37,823 bases of DNA, taken from Candidatus Stahliibacteriota bacterium (GTDB taxonomy: Bacteria; Hydrothermota; UBA3073). The notes under the pieces are model-generated. The model ran no database searches and had not been told where the DNA came from. It saw nothing but the letters and a program-made list of their open reading frames with translations. Each line of letters begins with the position of its first letter. Position 1 is the first letter of the stretch. Made by a program: the position numbers and the translations under genes. Shown here piece by piece: positions 26,395 through 34,990 of the stretch. The DNA lies in NCBI GenBank assembly GCA_030627085.1, contig DAOUSS010000002.1, forward strand, positions 1 to 37,823. Reading direction: 5' to 3'.

Positions 26395-26922
26395 ATGATT
26401 ATATCTACAACCATAATAGGTATACGATATAAAGGCGAGGCTGCCATTGGGGGAGATGGGCAGGTTACAGTAGAGAAGACAATAATGAAACAGTCTGCAA
26501 ACAAGATAAGAAAACTGTATAATGGTAAAATTCTGGCAGGATTTGCAGGCGGTGCTGCCGATGCAATTACACTATTTGAAAGGTTTGAGAAGAAACTGGA
26601 GGAATCGCATGGCAATCTGCAGAAATCAGTTGTGAATCTTGCAAAGGACTGGAGGGCTGACAAGGTCCTACGAAGGCTTGAAGCGCTATTGGTAGTATTG
26701 AATAAGGAATCTGTATTCCTTGTATCAGGCTCTGGGGATGTAATTGAGCCCGATGATGGCATAGTGGCAATAGGTTCAGGAGGAGCTTACGCACTTGCAG
26801 CAGCAAGGGCACTAATAAAACATACAAATCTTTCTGCAAAGGAGATTGTGGAGGAGTCTATAAGAATAGCCTCGTCTATATGTGTATACACAAATGATAA
26901 CATAGGGGTGGAGACGCTATGA
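26395..26922 (+). CDS. hslV: ATP-dependent protease subunit HslV
   Basis: 175 aa with [16 protein letters not shown] and [17 protein letters not shown]. Four residues (MIIS) precede the expected N-terminal Thr, resembling the short extension of B. subtilis CodW. TGA overlaps the hslU ATG. Confidence 0.93.
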   Translation: MIISTTIIGIRYKGEAAIGGDGQVTVEKTIMKQSANKIRKLYNGKILAGFAGGAADAITLFERFEKKLEESHGNLQKSVVNLAKDWRADKVLRRLEALLVVLNKESVFLVSGSGDVIEPDDGIVAIGSGGAYALAAARALIKHTNLSAKEIVEESIRIASSICVYTNDNIGVETL

Positions 26923-28235
26923 ATAAAAGAGAACTCAAACCAAAGGAGATAGTGAAGGAACTTGACCGATATATTATTGGTCAAGATGAAGCAAAACGTG
27001 CTATCGCAATAGCAATCCGCAACAGGTGGAGACGACAGAAGGTGAAGGGTATAATGAGGGAGGAGATACTTCCAAACAACCTGATACTCATAGGTCCAAC
27101 TGGTGTTGGAAAAACGGAGATAGCAAGAAGAATCGCGAGACTTGTTGATGCCCCATTTATGAAGGTTGAAGCATCAAAATATACAGAGGTGGGATATGTC
27201 GGAAGAGATGTGGAAGCTATGGTGAGAGACCTTATGAATATATCCGTGAATATGGTGAGAGCACGAAGGCAGATTGAGGTAGCAGAACGGGCAAGAGAAC
27301 GTGGGGAGGAAAGGCTATTGGACTTGCTTCTACCGGGAGAAGACAAAGAAAAACAAAAAGAATCACGAGAGAAGCTTCGAAAATTATTGCGGGGGAGGGC
27401 ACTCAAGGATAGGTATGTTGATATTCCCCTATATGTCCAAACATTTCCCCTTATAGAGATATTCGGTCCTATGGGTATGGAGGAAATCAATACAGACCTC
27501 CAGGATATGATGTCATCTATAGCACCCAAAAAACGCAAGACAAAAAGAGTCAAGGTAGACGAGGCAAAAGAAATTCTCGCCCAGGAAGAGGCGCAGAAAC
27601 TTGTTGATATGGAAGAGGTGATAGGCAAGGCAAAAGAAAAGGTGGAAAACTCAGGCATAATATTCATAGACGAGCTTGACAAGATTGTGGGTGCAGATGG
27701 TAGAGGGGGTCCTGATGTATCCAGAGCAGGTGTCCAGAGAGATCTTCTGCCAATTGTGGAGGGATGCAATGTTACAACGAAATACGGAATGGTAAGAACA
27801 GAGCATATACTCTTCATTGCAGCAGGGGCATTCACCTCTTCAAAACCATCCGATCTCATCCCCGAACTCCAGGGAAGATTTCCTATAAGGGTTGAACTCA
27901 CTTCACTGAAAAAGGAAGACTTCAAAAGAATCCTTACAGAGCCAGAAAACGCACTAATAAAACAGTATATTGCACTTTTCAAAACCGAAAAGGTCGATCT
28001 ATTATTTGATAATAAGGCAATAGATGCAATTGCCGAGTACGCTACAATAGTAAACGAGACTACTGATGATATAGGCGCAAGAAGACTACAAACAATAATG
28101 TTCACACTGATGGAGAATTGGTTATACGAACTCCCAAAAAGGAGTTTTAAAGAAGTACATATTAAAGAAAGGGATGTTAGAGACAGATTAAAAGACATCG
28201 TGAAGAATGTGGATATTGCAAGGTACATTTTATAA
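26919..28235 (+). CDS. hslU: ATP-dependent protease ATPase subunit HslU
   Basis: 438 aa with [25 protein letters not shown], Walker [14 protein letters not shown] and Walker [11 protein letters not shown]. Confidence 0.96.
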   Translation: MNKRELKPKEIVKELDRYIIGQDEAKRAIAIAIRNRWRRQKVKGIMREEILPNNLILIGPTGVGKTEIARRIARLVDAPFMKVEASKYTEVGYVGRDVEAMVRDLMNISVNMVRARRQIEVAERARERGEERLLDLLLPGEDKEKQKESREKLRKLLRGRALKDRYVDIPLYVQTFPLIEIFGPMGMEEINTDLQDMMSSIAPKKRKTKRVKVDEAKEILAQEEAQKLVDMEEVIGKAKEKVENSGIIFIDELDKIVGADGRGGPDVSRAGVQRDLLPIVEGCNVTTKYGMVRTEHILFIAAGAFTSSKPSDLIPELQGRFPIRVELTSLKKEDFKRILTEPENALIKQYIALFKTEKVDLLFDNKAIDAIAEYATIVNETTDDIGARRLQTIMFTLMENWLYELPKRSFKEVHIKERDVRDRLKDIVKNVDIARYIL

Positions 28236-28289
28236 ATATAAAAATCAAAATAATAAGATATCCCTCTATCCTTATCCTGAATATCTTCA

Positions 28290-28721
28290 ATGATAGAGAA
28301 TTATATAAAAGGAAAATTTAAGAGTAGTATAAAGGCGAAAGAGAAACGGCAAGCTATAAAAGAACTCTTTGAGACTACAGACCAGCCTCCGCCTGTCCTT
28401 AACAAGGTGTATGCACGGGAGAGACTGTTCCCGACAGGCATAGGGCACGGTGTTGCTATCCCAAGATACATAGGAGAAGAGGTAAAGGAGATAACTCTTG
28501 TGCTTGGACTTTCCAGGGTTGATATGGAGTTCGGGGCACTCGACCATAAACCAGTAAAGATAATCTGGCTACTTCTCTCGCCTGACCACGATAAAGAGAA
28601 ATATACAGAGATACTTATTCGTCTTATAAGACTTGCTAATACAGAAGAGTTTAAGTCACAAGTACCAAATCTTACATCTTATGAGGACCTCATTGAACTC
28701 ATCAGTGACCTCGACAAATAG
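28290..28721 (+). CDS. PTS EIIA(Ntr)/PtsN-like domain protein lacking the phospho-acceptor His
   Basis: 143 aa. RERLFPTGIGHGVAIPRYIGEE aligns with E. coli PtsN REKMGSTGIGNGIAIPHGKLEE, with Arg in place of the phosphorylated His. Confidence 0.7.
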   Translation: MIENYIKGKFKSSIKAKEKRQAIKELFETTDQPPPVLNKVYARERLFPTGIGHGVAIPRYIGEEVKEITLVLGLSRVDMEFGALDHKPVKIIWLLLSPDHDKEKYTEILIRLIRLANTEEFKSQVPNLTSYEDLIELISDLDK

Positions 28722-28768
28722 AAAACTATTCGCATTAACCCGTCAACAGATTACTTGGTTGAAAGATT

Positions 28769-28850
28769 TTAATTACTTAATTACCTAATAACCTAATTAC
28801 TTAATGACCTATTGATCCAATTACCTATTGACTCAATGACCTAATGACCC
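28769..28850 (+). repeat. TAATNACC word array (about 10 words) upstream of aspS
   Basis: ttaattacttaattacctaataacctaattacttaatgacctattgatccaattacctattgactcaatgacctaatgaccc. Confidence 0.8.
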
Positions 28851-28871
28851 AATTCTAAATAAGAACTTATT

Positions 28872-30584
28872 ATGCGCACACATACCTGTGGAGAACTGAG
28901 AGCAAAGAATTCCGGGGAGAACGTAACACTCCAGGGTTGGATAGATGCAATAAGGGACCATGGCAAAATGGTCTTCATCTCCTTACGAGATAGATACGGT
29001 GTAACACAGGTAGTTTTAGCAGATGCAGAACTTATAGAAAAAGGAAAGAAACTTGGCGGAGAATATGTGGTGGAGGTTGAAGGAATGGTCAGAGAAAGAC
29101 CGTCTGACATGCGAAATCCTTCTCTCGAGACCGGCAAGATCGAAGTGGTAGCATCTCGAATAAAACTTATATCTTCTTCCAGTGTTCCGCCTTTTGTAAT
29201 AAAGGACCCTGCCACAGCGAAGGATGAATTAAGGATGAAGTACAGATATCTAGACCTTCGTAGACCTTCAATGCAAAAAAACCTGATTATGAGGTCAAAA
29301 CTCATCAACACTGTGAGGGCCTATCTATTGAAGAAAAATTTTCTTGAAATAGAAACACCTTGTCTCACACGCACGACTACTGAGGGAGCAAGAAACTTTG
29401 TAGTGCCGTCCAGAAATTTCAAAGGGAAATTCTACTCACTCGCTCAGTCACCTCAAATCTATAAACAATTACTAATGACCGCGGGCGTTGACAGGTACTT
29501 TCAGTTTGCGAAATGTTTCCGGGATGAGGATCAGAGAGCAGACCGCCAACCAGAGCATACACAGATAGACCTTGAGATGAGTTTTGTTGACGAAGAAGAA
29601 GTTATGGAGCTCGTGGAGGGGATGATACAGACTATCTTTGAAAATATCCTTGGATTAAAAGTAAAGGTCCCCTTCCAGAGACTCACATACAGAAATGCTA
29701 TGGAGCAATACGGAACTGACAAGCCTGACACGAGGTTTGATGTGTATATCTCTGATATTACAAAAATAGCAAAAAAGAGCGAATTTAGAATCTTCAAAGA
29801 GGTAAAGTTTGTGATGGCATTAACTGTTCCCTTACTCACAAGGAAAAGGATTGACGAATTCTCAGAGTTCGCCCTCAAATACTATAATAGTAGAATCTCA
29901 TATCTATCATTTAAGGAAACAATCTCTGGCAACATCGCAAAGTTTTTCTCTTCGAAACTTACTGGTGAGTTAAAGTCTGCTCTCTCAATAAGGGGAGAGG
30001 AAACTGTGCTCTTCTGTGCAGGTGACTGGAAGAGAAGTCTCGAGACTCTCGGCGCCATCAGAAATAAGTTACTTGAAGGAAAAACTCCAAGGGAGAAGTA
30101 TAAGTTACTCTGGGTAACAGACTTTCCGCTCTTTGAATGGGATAATAAAACAGGTAGCTGGGCACCCTGCCACCACATATTTACAATGCCAAAGACCGAT
30201 GATTTCAAAGATCCCTCTAAGGTAGCAGGGAAACAGTACGACCTCGTTCTCAACGGAATAGAACTCGGGTCGGGCAGTATAAGAATCCATGATAGAGATC
30301 TGCAGGAAAGGATGATGGAAATAGGAGGTATGAACAGAGCAAAGAGGGATAGAGAATTTGGATTTTTCCTTTCTGCTTTGGCCTATGGTACACCACCACA
30401 TGGAGGGATAGCGATCGGTCTTGACAGATTACTTATGATATTGGCAGGAAAGGATTCAATTCAGGAAGTGATTCCATTTCCGAAGACACTCACAGGCGCA
30501 GGTCTCATGGAGGATGTCCCATCAGAGATAGAGAATGAAAAACTGAAGGAACTCGGGATAAAAATCACACTTACCGGTAAGTAG
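28872..30584 (+). CDS. aspS: Aspartate--tRNA ligase (bacterial type)
   Basis: 570 aa with an N-terminal OB fold (MRTHTCGELR..VTLQGW), class II motifs (FRDEDQRADRQPE, GSGSIRIH, GGIAIGLDRL) and a bacterial insertion domain. Confidence 0.95.
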   Translation: MRTHTCGELRAKNSGENVTLQGWIDAIRDHGKMVFISLRDRYGVTQVVLADAELIEKGKKLGGEYVVEVEGMVRERPSDMRNPSLETGKIEVVASRIKLISSSSVPPFVIKDPATAKDELRMKYRYLDLRRPSMQKNLIMRSKLINTVRAYLLKKNFLEIETPCLTRTTTEGARNFVVPSRNFKGKFYSLAQSPQIYKQLLMTAGVDRYFQFAKCFRDEDQRADRQPEHTQIDLEMSFVDEEEVMELVEGMIQTIFENILGLKVKVPFQRLTYRNAMEQYGTDKPDTRFDVYISDITKIAKKSEFRIFKEVKFVMALTVPLLTRKRIDEFSEFALKYYNSRISYLSFKETISGNIAKFFSSKLTGELKSALSIRGEETVLFCAGDWKRSLETLGAIRNKLLEGKTPREKYKLLWVTDFPLFEWDNKTGSWAPCHHIFTMPKTDDFKDPSKVAGKQYDLVLNGIELGSGSIRIHDRDLQERMMEIGGMNRAKRDREFGFFLSALAYGTPPHGGIAIGLDRLLMILAGKDSIQEVIPFPKTLTGAGLMEDVPSEIENEKLKELGIKITLTGK

Positions 30585-30604
30585 GGGCGAATTGCAATTC
30601 GCCC
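30585..30604. repeat. Perfect 20-nt palindrome GGGCGAATTGCAATTCGCCC
   Basis: Starts 1 nt after the aspS stop and ends 19 nt before the def start. No T-run follows it. Confidence 0.8.
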
Positions 30605-30623
30605 GTACAATCTTAACTTAAAA

Positions 30624-31136
30624 GTGAAATTGACAATACGCATATATCCTGACCCTGTATTGAGAGAAAAGAGTAGCCCCGTCTCAATATTTGACGAGAG
30701 ACTGCAAAAGATAGCAACCTCTATGATACAGTTTATGCAAGGGCTTAATGGGATAGGGCTTGCTGCTCCCCAGATTGGGATTTTGGAAAGAATTATTGTG
30801 GTCGATGTTGGACAGGAGCCTTTATACATAGTGAACCCTGAGATTACTGAAAGTAAAGGCAAAGATATATTTGAGGAAGGCTGTCTCTCTATACCGGGGA
30901 CATCCATTCAAATCAAAAGACCTTTTCTTGTGGCTGTAAGAGGATATGATATAAATGGCAAAGAAATACATATCAAGGCAAAGGACCTCCTTGCAAGGGT
31001 GATACAACACGAAATCGATCACCTTGACGGAAGGTTGATAATTGACTTTCTATCAAGAGAGGAACGACTGAAATTTAATCTGGATTATAATCCCACCCTA
31101 CCTGCATATGAGGTAAAAGAAAGAAGGGATGTTTAG
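30624..31136 (+). CDS. def: Peptide deformylase
   Basis: Motifs GIGLAAPQIG, EGCLSIPG and QHEIDHLDG. GTG start as tracked, with an alternative TTG 6 nt downstream. Confidence 0.92.
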   Translation: MKLTIRIYPDPVLREKSSPVSIFDERLQKIATSMIQFMQGLNGIGLAAPQIGILERIIVVDVGQEPLYIVNPEITESKGKDIFEEGCLSIPGTSIQIKRPFLVAVRGYDINGKEIHIKAKDLLARVIQHEIDHLDGRLIIDFLSREERLKFNLDYNPTLPAYEVKERRDV

Positions 31137-31156
31137 AAATGAGGTATAATTTACGA

Positions 31157-31300
31157 GAAATTCTAAGCACGAAATTCTAAATCCTAAACAATATCAAAAT
31201 TCAAATGTTCTAAATTCCAAACAAACGACTTATTTTGGCATTTGGAATTTGAGATTTAGGATTTGTTTAGAATTTGGTTCTTGAGATTTAGAATTTTCTA
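31157..31300. repeat. Inverted pair of TTCTAAA / TTTAGAA word arrays in the rplM leader
   Basis: The left arm 31157-31225 and right arm 31236-31300 are imperfect reverse complements. One example is tctaaattccaaa versus tttggaatttgaga. Confidence 0.7.
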
Positions 31301-31313
31301 ACCCGGGGGTGTT

Positions 31314-31709
31314 ATGGAAAAGAAGTGGTATATAATAGATGCAGACGGGAAAATACTTGGAAGGCTTGCAACCCGAATTGCCACAATATTACGGGGCAAA
31401 CAGAGACCAGACTTTACCCCGAATGTGGATATGGGAGATTATGTAATATGTATAAACGCAAGTAAGGTCAGGGTTACAGGAAGAAAGGAGACACAGAAGA
31501 TATACACAAGGTATACGGGATACCCGGGAGGGTTGAAGAAAACAACCTTAAAAGAGATGAGAGCAAAGAAGCCAGAAGAAATAATTTACCATGCTGTCAA
31601 GGGAATGCTTCCCAAGGGACCCCTCGGAAGGAAGATAATAAAGAAACTGAAGGTTTATCCAGAAAGCGATCATCCTCACAAAGCACAAAACCCAATAGAA
31701 CTTAAGTAG
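31314..31709 (+). CDS. rplM: 50S ribosomal protein L13
   Basis: 131 aa with [32 protein letters not shown] lies 4 nt upstream of the ATG. Confidence 0.96.
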   Translation: MEKKWYIIDADGKILGRLATRIATILRGKQRPDFTPNVDMGDYVICINASKVRVTGRKETQKIYTRYTGYPGGLKKTTLKEMRAKKPEEIIYHAVKGMLPKGPLGRKIIKKLKVYPESDHPHKAQNPIELK

Positions 31710-31730
31710 GCAAGCAGGAGAAAGGAATAA

Positions 31731-31811
31731 ACACTCAACATTTCACATTTCACATTTCACATTTAACATTCAACACTCAACATTTCACATTCAACATTTC
31801 ACATTTCACAC
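31731..31811 (+). repeat. G-free CATTTCA-type word array between rplM and rpsI
   Basis: 81 nt with no G: acactcaacatttcacatttcacatttcacatttaacattcaacactcaacatttcacattcaacatttcacatttcacac. Confidence 0.8.
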
Positions 31812-31828
31812 TTTATTACGGGGGTTAT

Positions 31829-32221
31829 ATGGAACAAGTATTATTAAAGACGGGAAGACGCAAAAGGGCAACTGCCCGCGTAAAACTCACTGAAGGAGAA
31901 GGGAAAATAATGGTGAACGGAAAGGAACTCACTGAGTTTTTTGGAGGAAGAGGAGATCTTATATATAAGGTAAACTCTTCTCTGCGGGTTACCAACACGA
32001 CGGGGAAATTCAATATAAAAGCAAAGGTAGAAGGTGGTGGCATCACGGGCCAGGCTGGGGCTATTTCACTTGGAATAGCAAGGGCACTTGTAACCCTGGA
32101 GCCCGAATTGAGGCCCCTTCTCAAGAAAGAGAGCTTACTTACAAGAGATCCGAGGGAAGTAGAGAGAAAGAAATATGGGCACCCGAAGGCAAGAAAGAGA
32201 TTCCAGTTCTCAAAGAGATAA
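31829..32221 (+). CDS. rpsI: 30S ribosomal protein S9
   Basis: 130 aa with [10 protein letters not shown].. and C-terminal [30 protein letters not shown] lies 4 nt upstream of the ATG. Confidence 0.96.
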   Translation: MEQVLLKTGRRKRATARVKLTEGEGKIMVNGKELTEFFGGRGDLIYKVNSSLRVTNTTGKFNIKAKVEGGGITGQAGAISLGIARALVTLEPELRPLLKKESLLTRDPREVERKKYGHPKARKRFQFSKR

Positions 32222-32275
32222 TTCCAGTTATGTATTAATAAACCACGAGAGTAGCACAAGATTGGCACAAGATCC

Positions 32276-32309
32276 GAGTCATTGAGTTATTAGGTCATTA
32301 AGTTATTAA
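32276..32309. repeat. Antisense-oriented TAATNACC-class array downstream of rpsI
   Basis: gagtcattgagttattaggtcattaagttattaa. attgagttattagg (32281-32294) is the exact reverse complement of 32395-32408. Confidence 0.75.
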
Positions 32310-32355
32310 AAGATTGCTTGCTCGATGACGCAGATTAATGCAGATAAAAGGACAG

Positions 32356-32427
32356 TAATTAAGTTATTGACCTAATTACCTAATGACCCAGTTACCTAAT
32401 AACTCAATTATCCAATAACCTAATTAC
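32356..32427 (+). repeat. TAATNACC word array upstream of the sugar dehydrogenase
   Basis: taattaagttattgacctaattacctaatgacccagttacctaataactcaattatccaataacctaattac. Confidence 0.8.
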
Positions 32428-32433
32428 TGTTTT

Positions 32434-32442
32434 TGATATAAT
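32434..32442 (+). promoter_or_regulatory. Extended -10 promoter element upstream of the sugar dehydrogenase
   Basis: TGATATAAT (TGnTATAAT). No good -35 box. Confidence 0.45.
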
Positions 32443-32491
32443 CTGTGTTCTCTGTGAACTCTGTGGTTATAAAAAGAAAGATGGAGGGTGT

Positions 32492-33817
32492 ATGTTGAAA
32501 GAGAGGATAGAAAGCAAGAAGGCACTTGTCGGTGTGATTGGCCTTGGTTATGTGGGATTGCCACTTGCCTGTGCATTTGCGAGAAAGGGATTCAAGGTTG
32601 TAGGAATTGACAGAAAAAAAGGAAGAGTAGATTCTGTAAATAGAGGTGAAAGCTATATTCAGGATACATCCTCCCATGAACTAAGCGCTCTTGTTCGAAA
32701 GGGTCTTATGCGGGCAAGTACTGATTACAATGATATAAAGGGGTGTGATGTCGTCCAGATATGTGTTCCCACACCCATTAATGAGAACAAGGACCCCGAT
32801 ATCTCCTATATTGTTGCCACTTCAAAGAAACTTTCCAGGGTGCTTCATCCTGATGAACTCATTATACTGAAGTCCACTACCTTTCCACTGACTACAAAGG
32901 AAGTTGTTCTTCCAATACTGGAGAAGTCAGGATTAAAGGTAGGTAAGGACCTCTTTCTCGCATTTTCTCCTGAAAGGGTAGACCCGGGAAACAAAAAATA
33001 TACTATAGGCAATACACCGGTTGTGGTCGGGGGAATAGATGAGACCTCAACGGACCTTGTCTATCTCCTTTACGAAAAGGTTGTAGGCAAGGTTAAAAGG
33101 GTGTCCTCCTCTGAGGCTGCAGAATTTACAAAACTTCTGGAAAACACTTTTCGTAATGTCAACATCGCTCTCGTCAATGAATTTACAATGTTGGCCGACA
33201 GGATGGGTATAAATATATGGGAGGTTATAGACGCTGCCGCAACAAAACCGTTTGGATTTATGCCATTCTATCCAGGACCCGGTGTCGGTGGACACTGCAT
33301 ACCCATAGACCCATATTACCTCTCCTGGAAGGCGAAGGAGTATGATTTTCATACAAACTTTATAGAAATTTCGGCAGAAACAAACGAAGGGATGCCATAC
33401 TATGTAGCTAATATAGTCATATCCGCGCTTTCAAATACGGGTGTCTGTCCAAAGGCTGCAAATGTGCTTGTCATCGGTATGACATTCAAAAGAGATGTAA
33501 AAGATATGAGGGACTCGCCCTCCTTGAAAATTATTGAGATATTAAAAAACAAGGTAGCAAAAATTTGCTATTCAGACCCATTCATCGAAAAGATAGACCT
33601 GCAGAACTCTATATATAAATCCCTTCCGCTGACCGAAAAAACAATAAGCAAATTTGATTGCACACTCATAATAACAGATCACTCTTCTTATGATTATGAC
33701 TTTATTGTTCGGAACTCAAAACTGGTGATTGATACAAGAAACGCAACAAAGATGGTAAAAGAAGGCAGAGACAAAATAGTCCTGCTTGGAGGAGGTATCC
33801 TCTCAACCAAACGATAG
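32492..33817 (+). CDS. Nucleotide-sugar dehydrogenase (UDP-N-acetyl-hexosamine dehydrogenase, WecC/WbpA-like)
   Basis: 441 aa with the NAD fold VIGLGYVGLPLA and catalytic Cys motif GVGGHCIPIDPYY. GGAGGG SD. Confidence 0.88.
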   Translation: MLKERIESKKALVGVIGLGYVGLPLACAFARKGFKVVGIDRKKGRVDSVNRGESYIQDTSSHELSALVRKGLMRASTDYNDIKGCDVVQICVPTPINENKDPDISYIVATSKKLSRVLHPDELIILKSTTFPLTTKEVVLPILEKSGLKVGKDLFLAFSPERVDPGNKKYTIGNTPVVVGGIDETSTDLVYLLYEKVVGKVKRVSSSEAAEFTKLLENTFRNVNIALVNEFTMLADRMGINIWEVIDAAATKPFGFMPFYPGPGVGGHCIPIDPYYLSWKAKEYDFHTNFIEISAETNEGMPYYVANIVISALSNTGVCPKAANVLVIGMTFKRDVKDMRDSPSLKIIEILKNKVAKICYSDPFIEKIDLQNSIYKSLPLTEKTISKFDCTLIITDHSSYDYDFIVRNSKLVIDTRNATKMVKEGRDKIVLLGGGILSTKR

Positions 33818-33852
33818 ACAGCGTTTGGTTATAATGCAAGTTTTACCATCAT

Positions 33853-33881
33853 TTGACGGTATCTAAACAATATTCTATATC
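33853..33881 (+). promoter_or_regulatory. Candidate promoter for ftsB-like/coaD
   Basis: TTGACG 33853-33858, 17-nt spacer, TATATC 33876-33881. Confidence 0.4.
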
Positions 33882-33918
33882 CACATTTAACCATGTCCAG
33901 ACCGGGTGTAAGCCTCTT

Positions 33919-34221
33919 ATGCGGCGCAAACCGAATATCAAAAGTTATCTAAAAAGGCACAGACGCATACTTGTTATACTGGGAATTGCTCTACTTGCCT
34001 ACATATTCATTTTTGGAGGCCATGGTTTAACCAGAATTCTTATCCTGAAAAAAAACATAAGGGATACAGAGAAACAGACAACTATATCGTCTGCTATAAG
34101 AGAAACTCTCATCAGTGATAAACACATGCTTGAAAGCGATAAGGTTTACCTCGAAAGGGTAATAAGAGAAACCTTTGGTATGATAAAGGAAGGAGAAAAA
34201 TGCACACTGAAGGTAAAATAG
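33919..34221 (+). CDS. Septum formation initiator family protein (FtsB/DivIC-like)
   Basis: Basic N-terminus, a single TM (ILVILGIALLAYIFIF), a coiled coil and C-terminal YLERVIRETFGMIKEGE. The start is uncertain. ATG 33919 is preferred over TTG 33853, which reads as a -35 box. Confidence 0.7.
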   Translation: MRRKPNIKSYLKRHRRILVILGIALLAYIFIFGGHGLTRILILKKNIRDTEKQTTISSAIRETLISDKHMLESDKVYLERVIRETFGMIKEGEKCTLKVK

Positions 34222-34718
34222 GCATATGCGTTTATCCCGGTACATTTGACCCTATCACGAATGGACATATAGACATAATAAAGAGGGCAAGGTACCTGTT
34301 TCCGAAGGTGAAAGTGCTTGTGGCAAGAGATGCGGGCAAGAATACACTCTTCTCTTTCACAGAGAGGGTCCGTATCGTCAAAACTGCCATCAGTAGCATA
34401 GAGGGAGTTGAGTGTGAAGGGTTTGATGGACTTCTTATAGACTATTTAAAGAGAACCGGGATAACCATAGTTGTGCGGGGTTTAAGGGCTGTCTCTGACT
34501 TCGACTACGAATTCCAGTTTACACTTATGAATAGAAAATTATACCCACCCGTTGAATTCGTATTCGTGATGCCAGGAGAAGAGTATTTTTTCCTTTCCTC
34601 GTCCCTTGTAAAGGAGATTGCCTCTCTCGGTGGTGATGTAGGAAAATTCGTGCCAAAAATTGTGGAAGAGAAAATGAAGAAAAAGTTGGGGGCGTATGAA
34701 ACTTGTGATAAAAATTAA
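34200..34718 (+). CDS. coaD: Phosphopantetheine adenylyltransferase
   Basis: YPGTFDPITNGHIDII and RGLRAVSDFDYE..SSSLVKEI. GGAGAA lies upstream. Overlaps the ftsB-like stop. Confidence 0.94.
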   Translation: MHTEGKIGICVYPGTFDPITNGHIDIIKRARYLFPKVKVLVARDAGKNTLFSFTERVRIVKTAISSIEGVECEGFDGLLIDYLKRTGITIVVRGLRAVSDFDYEFQFTLMNRKLYPPVEFVFVMPGEEYFFLSSSLVKEIASLGGDVGKFVPKIVEEKMKKKLGAYETCDKN

Positions 34719-34983
34719 GGAGATAAGGGGAAATTGTCCTGTTTATAAAGAAGATGACATATTCGTCATAGAGGAGGGTTATAAACTTGTTTCTGATATT
34801 CCATTATGCATGCACTCTCTATCCTCCATTATGCCCTATTACATTCCACTATCAAGGGGAGTCTCTCCTAAGTCTCTCGGGCTGGCAAGAGAAGATGTTC
34901 AAAAGGCATACATTCAATGTCTTGACCCCTGCAAATATACTGGCGGTGGTACGGTTGTATTTGAGATAATGCAGAGTAGTTAA
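34696..34983 (+). CDS. Small Cys-containing protein, TIGR04076-like (function unknown)
   Basis: 95 aa. IKEIRGNCPVYKEDD..PLCMHSLSSIMPYY..YIQCLDPCKYTGGGTVVFEI matches my recollection of the TIGR04076 family. 23-nt overlap with coaD. Confidence 0.65.
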   Translation: MKLVIKIKEIRGNCPVYKEDDIFVIEEGYKLVSDIPLCMHSLSSIMPYYIPLSRGVSPKSLGLAREDVQKAYIQCLDPCKYTGGGTVVFEIMQSS

Positions 34984-34990
34984 TTTATAT

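Larger units (their letters stand above)
32327..32466. repeat. Related GCAGAT / CACAGAG word blocks flanking the TAATNACC array
   Basis: GACGCAGATTAATGCAGAT (32327-32345) resembles 7144-7162. The reverse complement of 32441-32466 is CCACAGAGTTCACAGAGAACACAGAT, which resembles the arms at 35430-35457. Confidence 0.6.

Noticed and set aside
26981-28228. 415-aa ORF antisense to hslU
   Set aside because: It is the exact antisense shadow of a confidently identified gene. Its composition is low-complexity and S/I/L/F-rich, with no motif. The purine-rich sense strand of hslU leaves the opposite frame free of stops.
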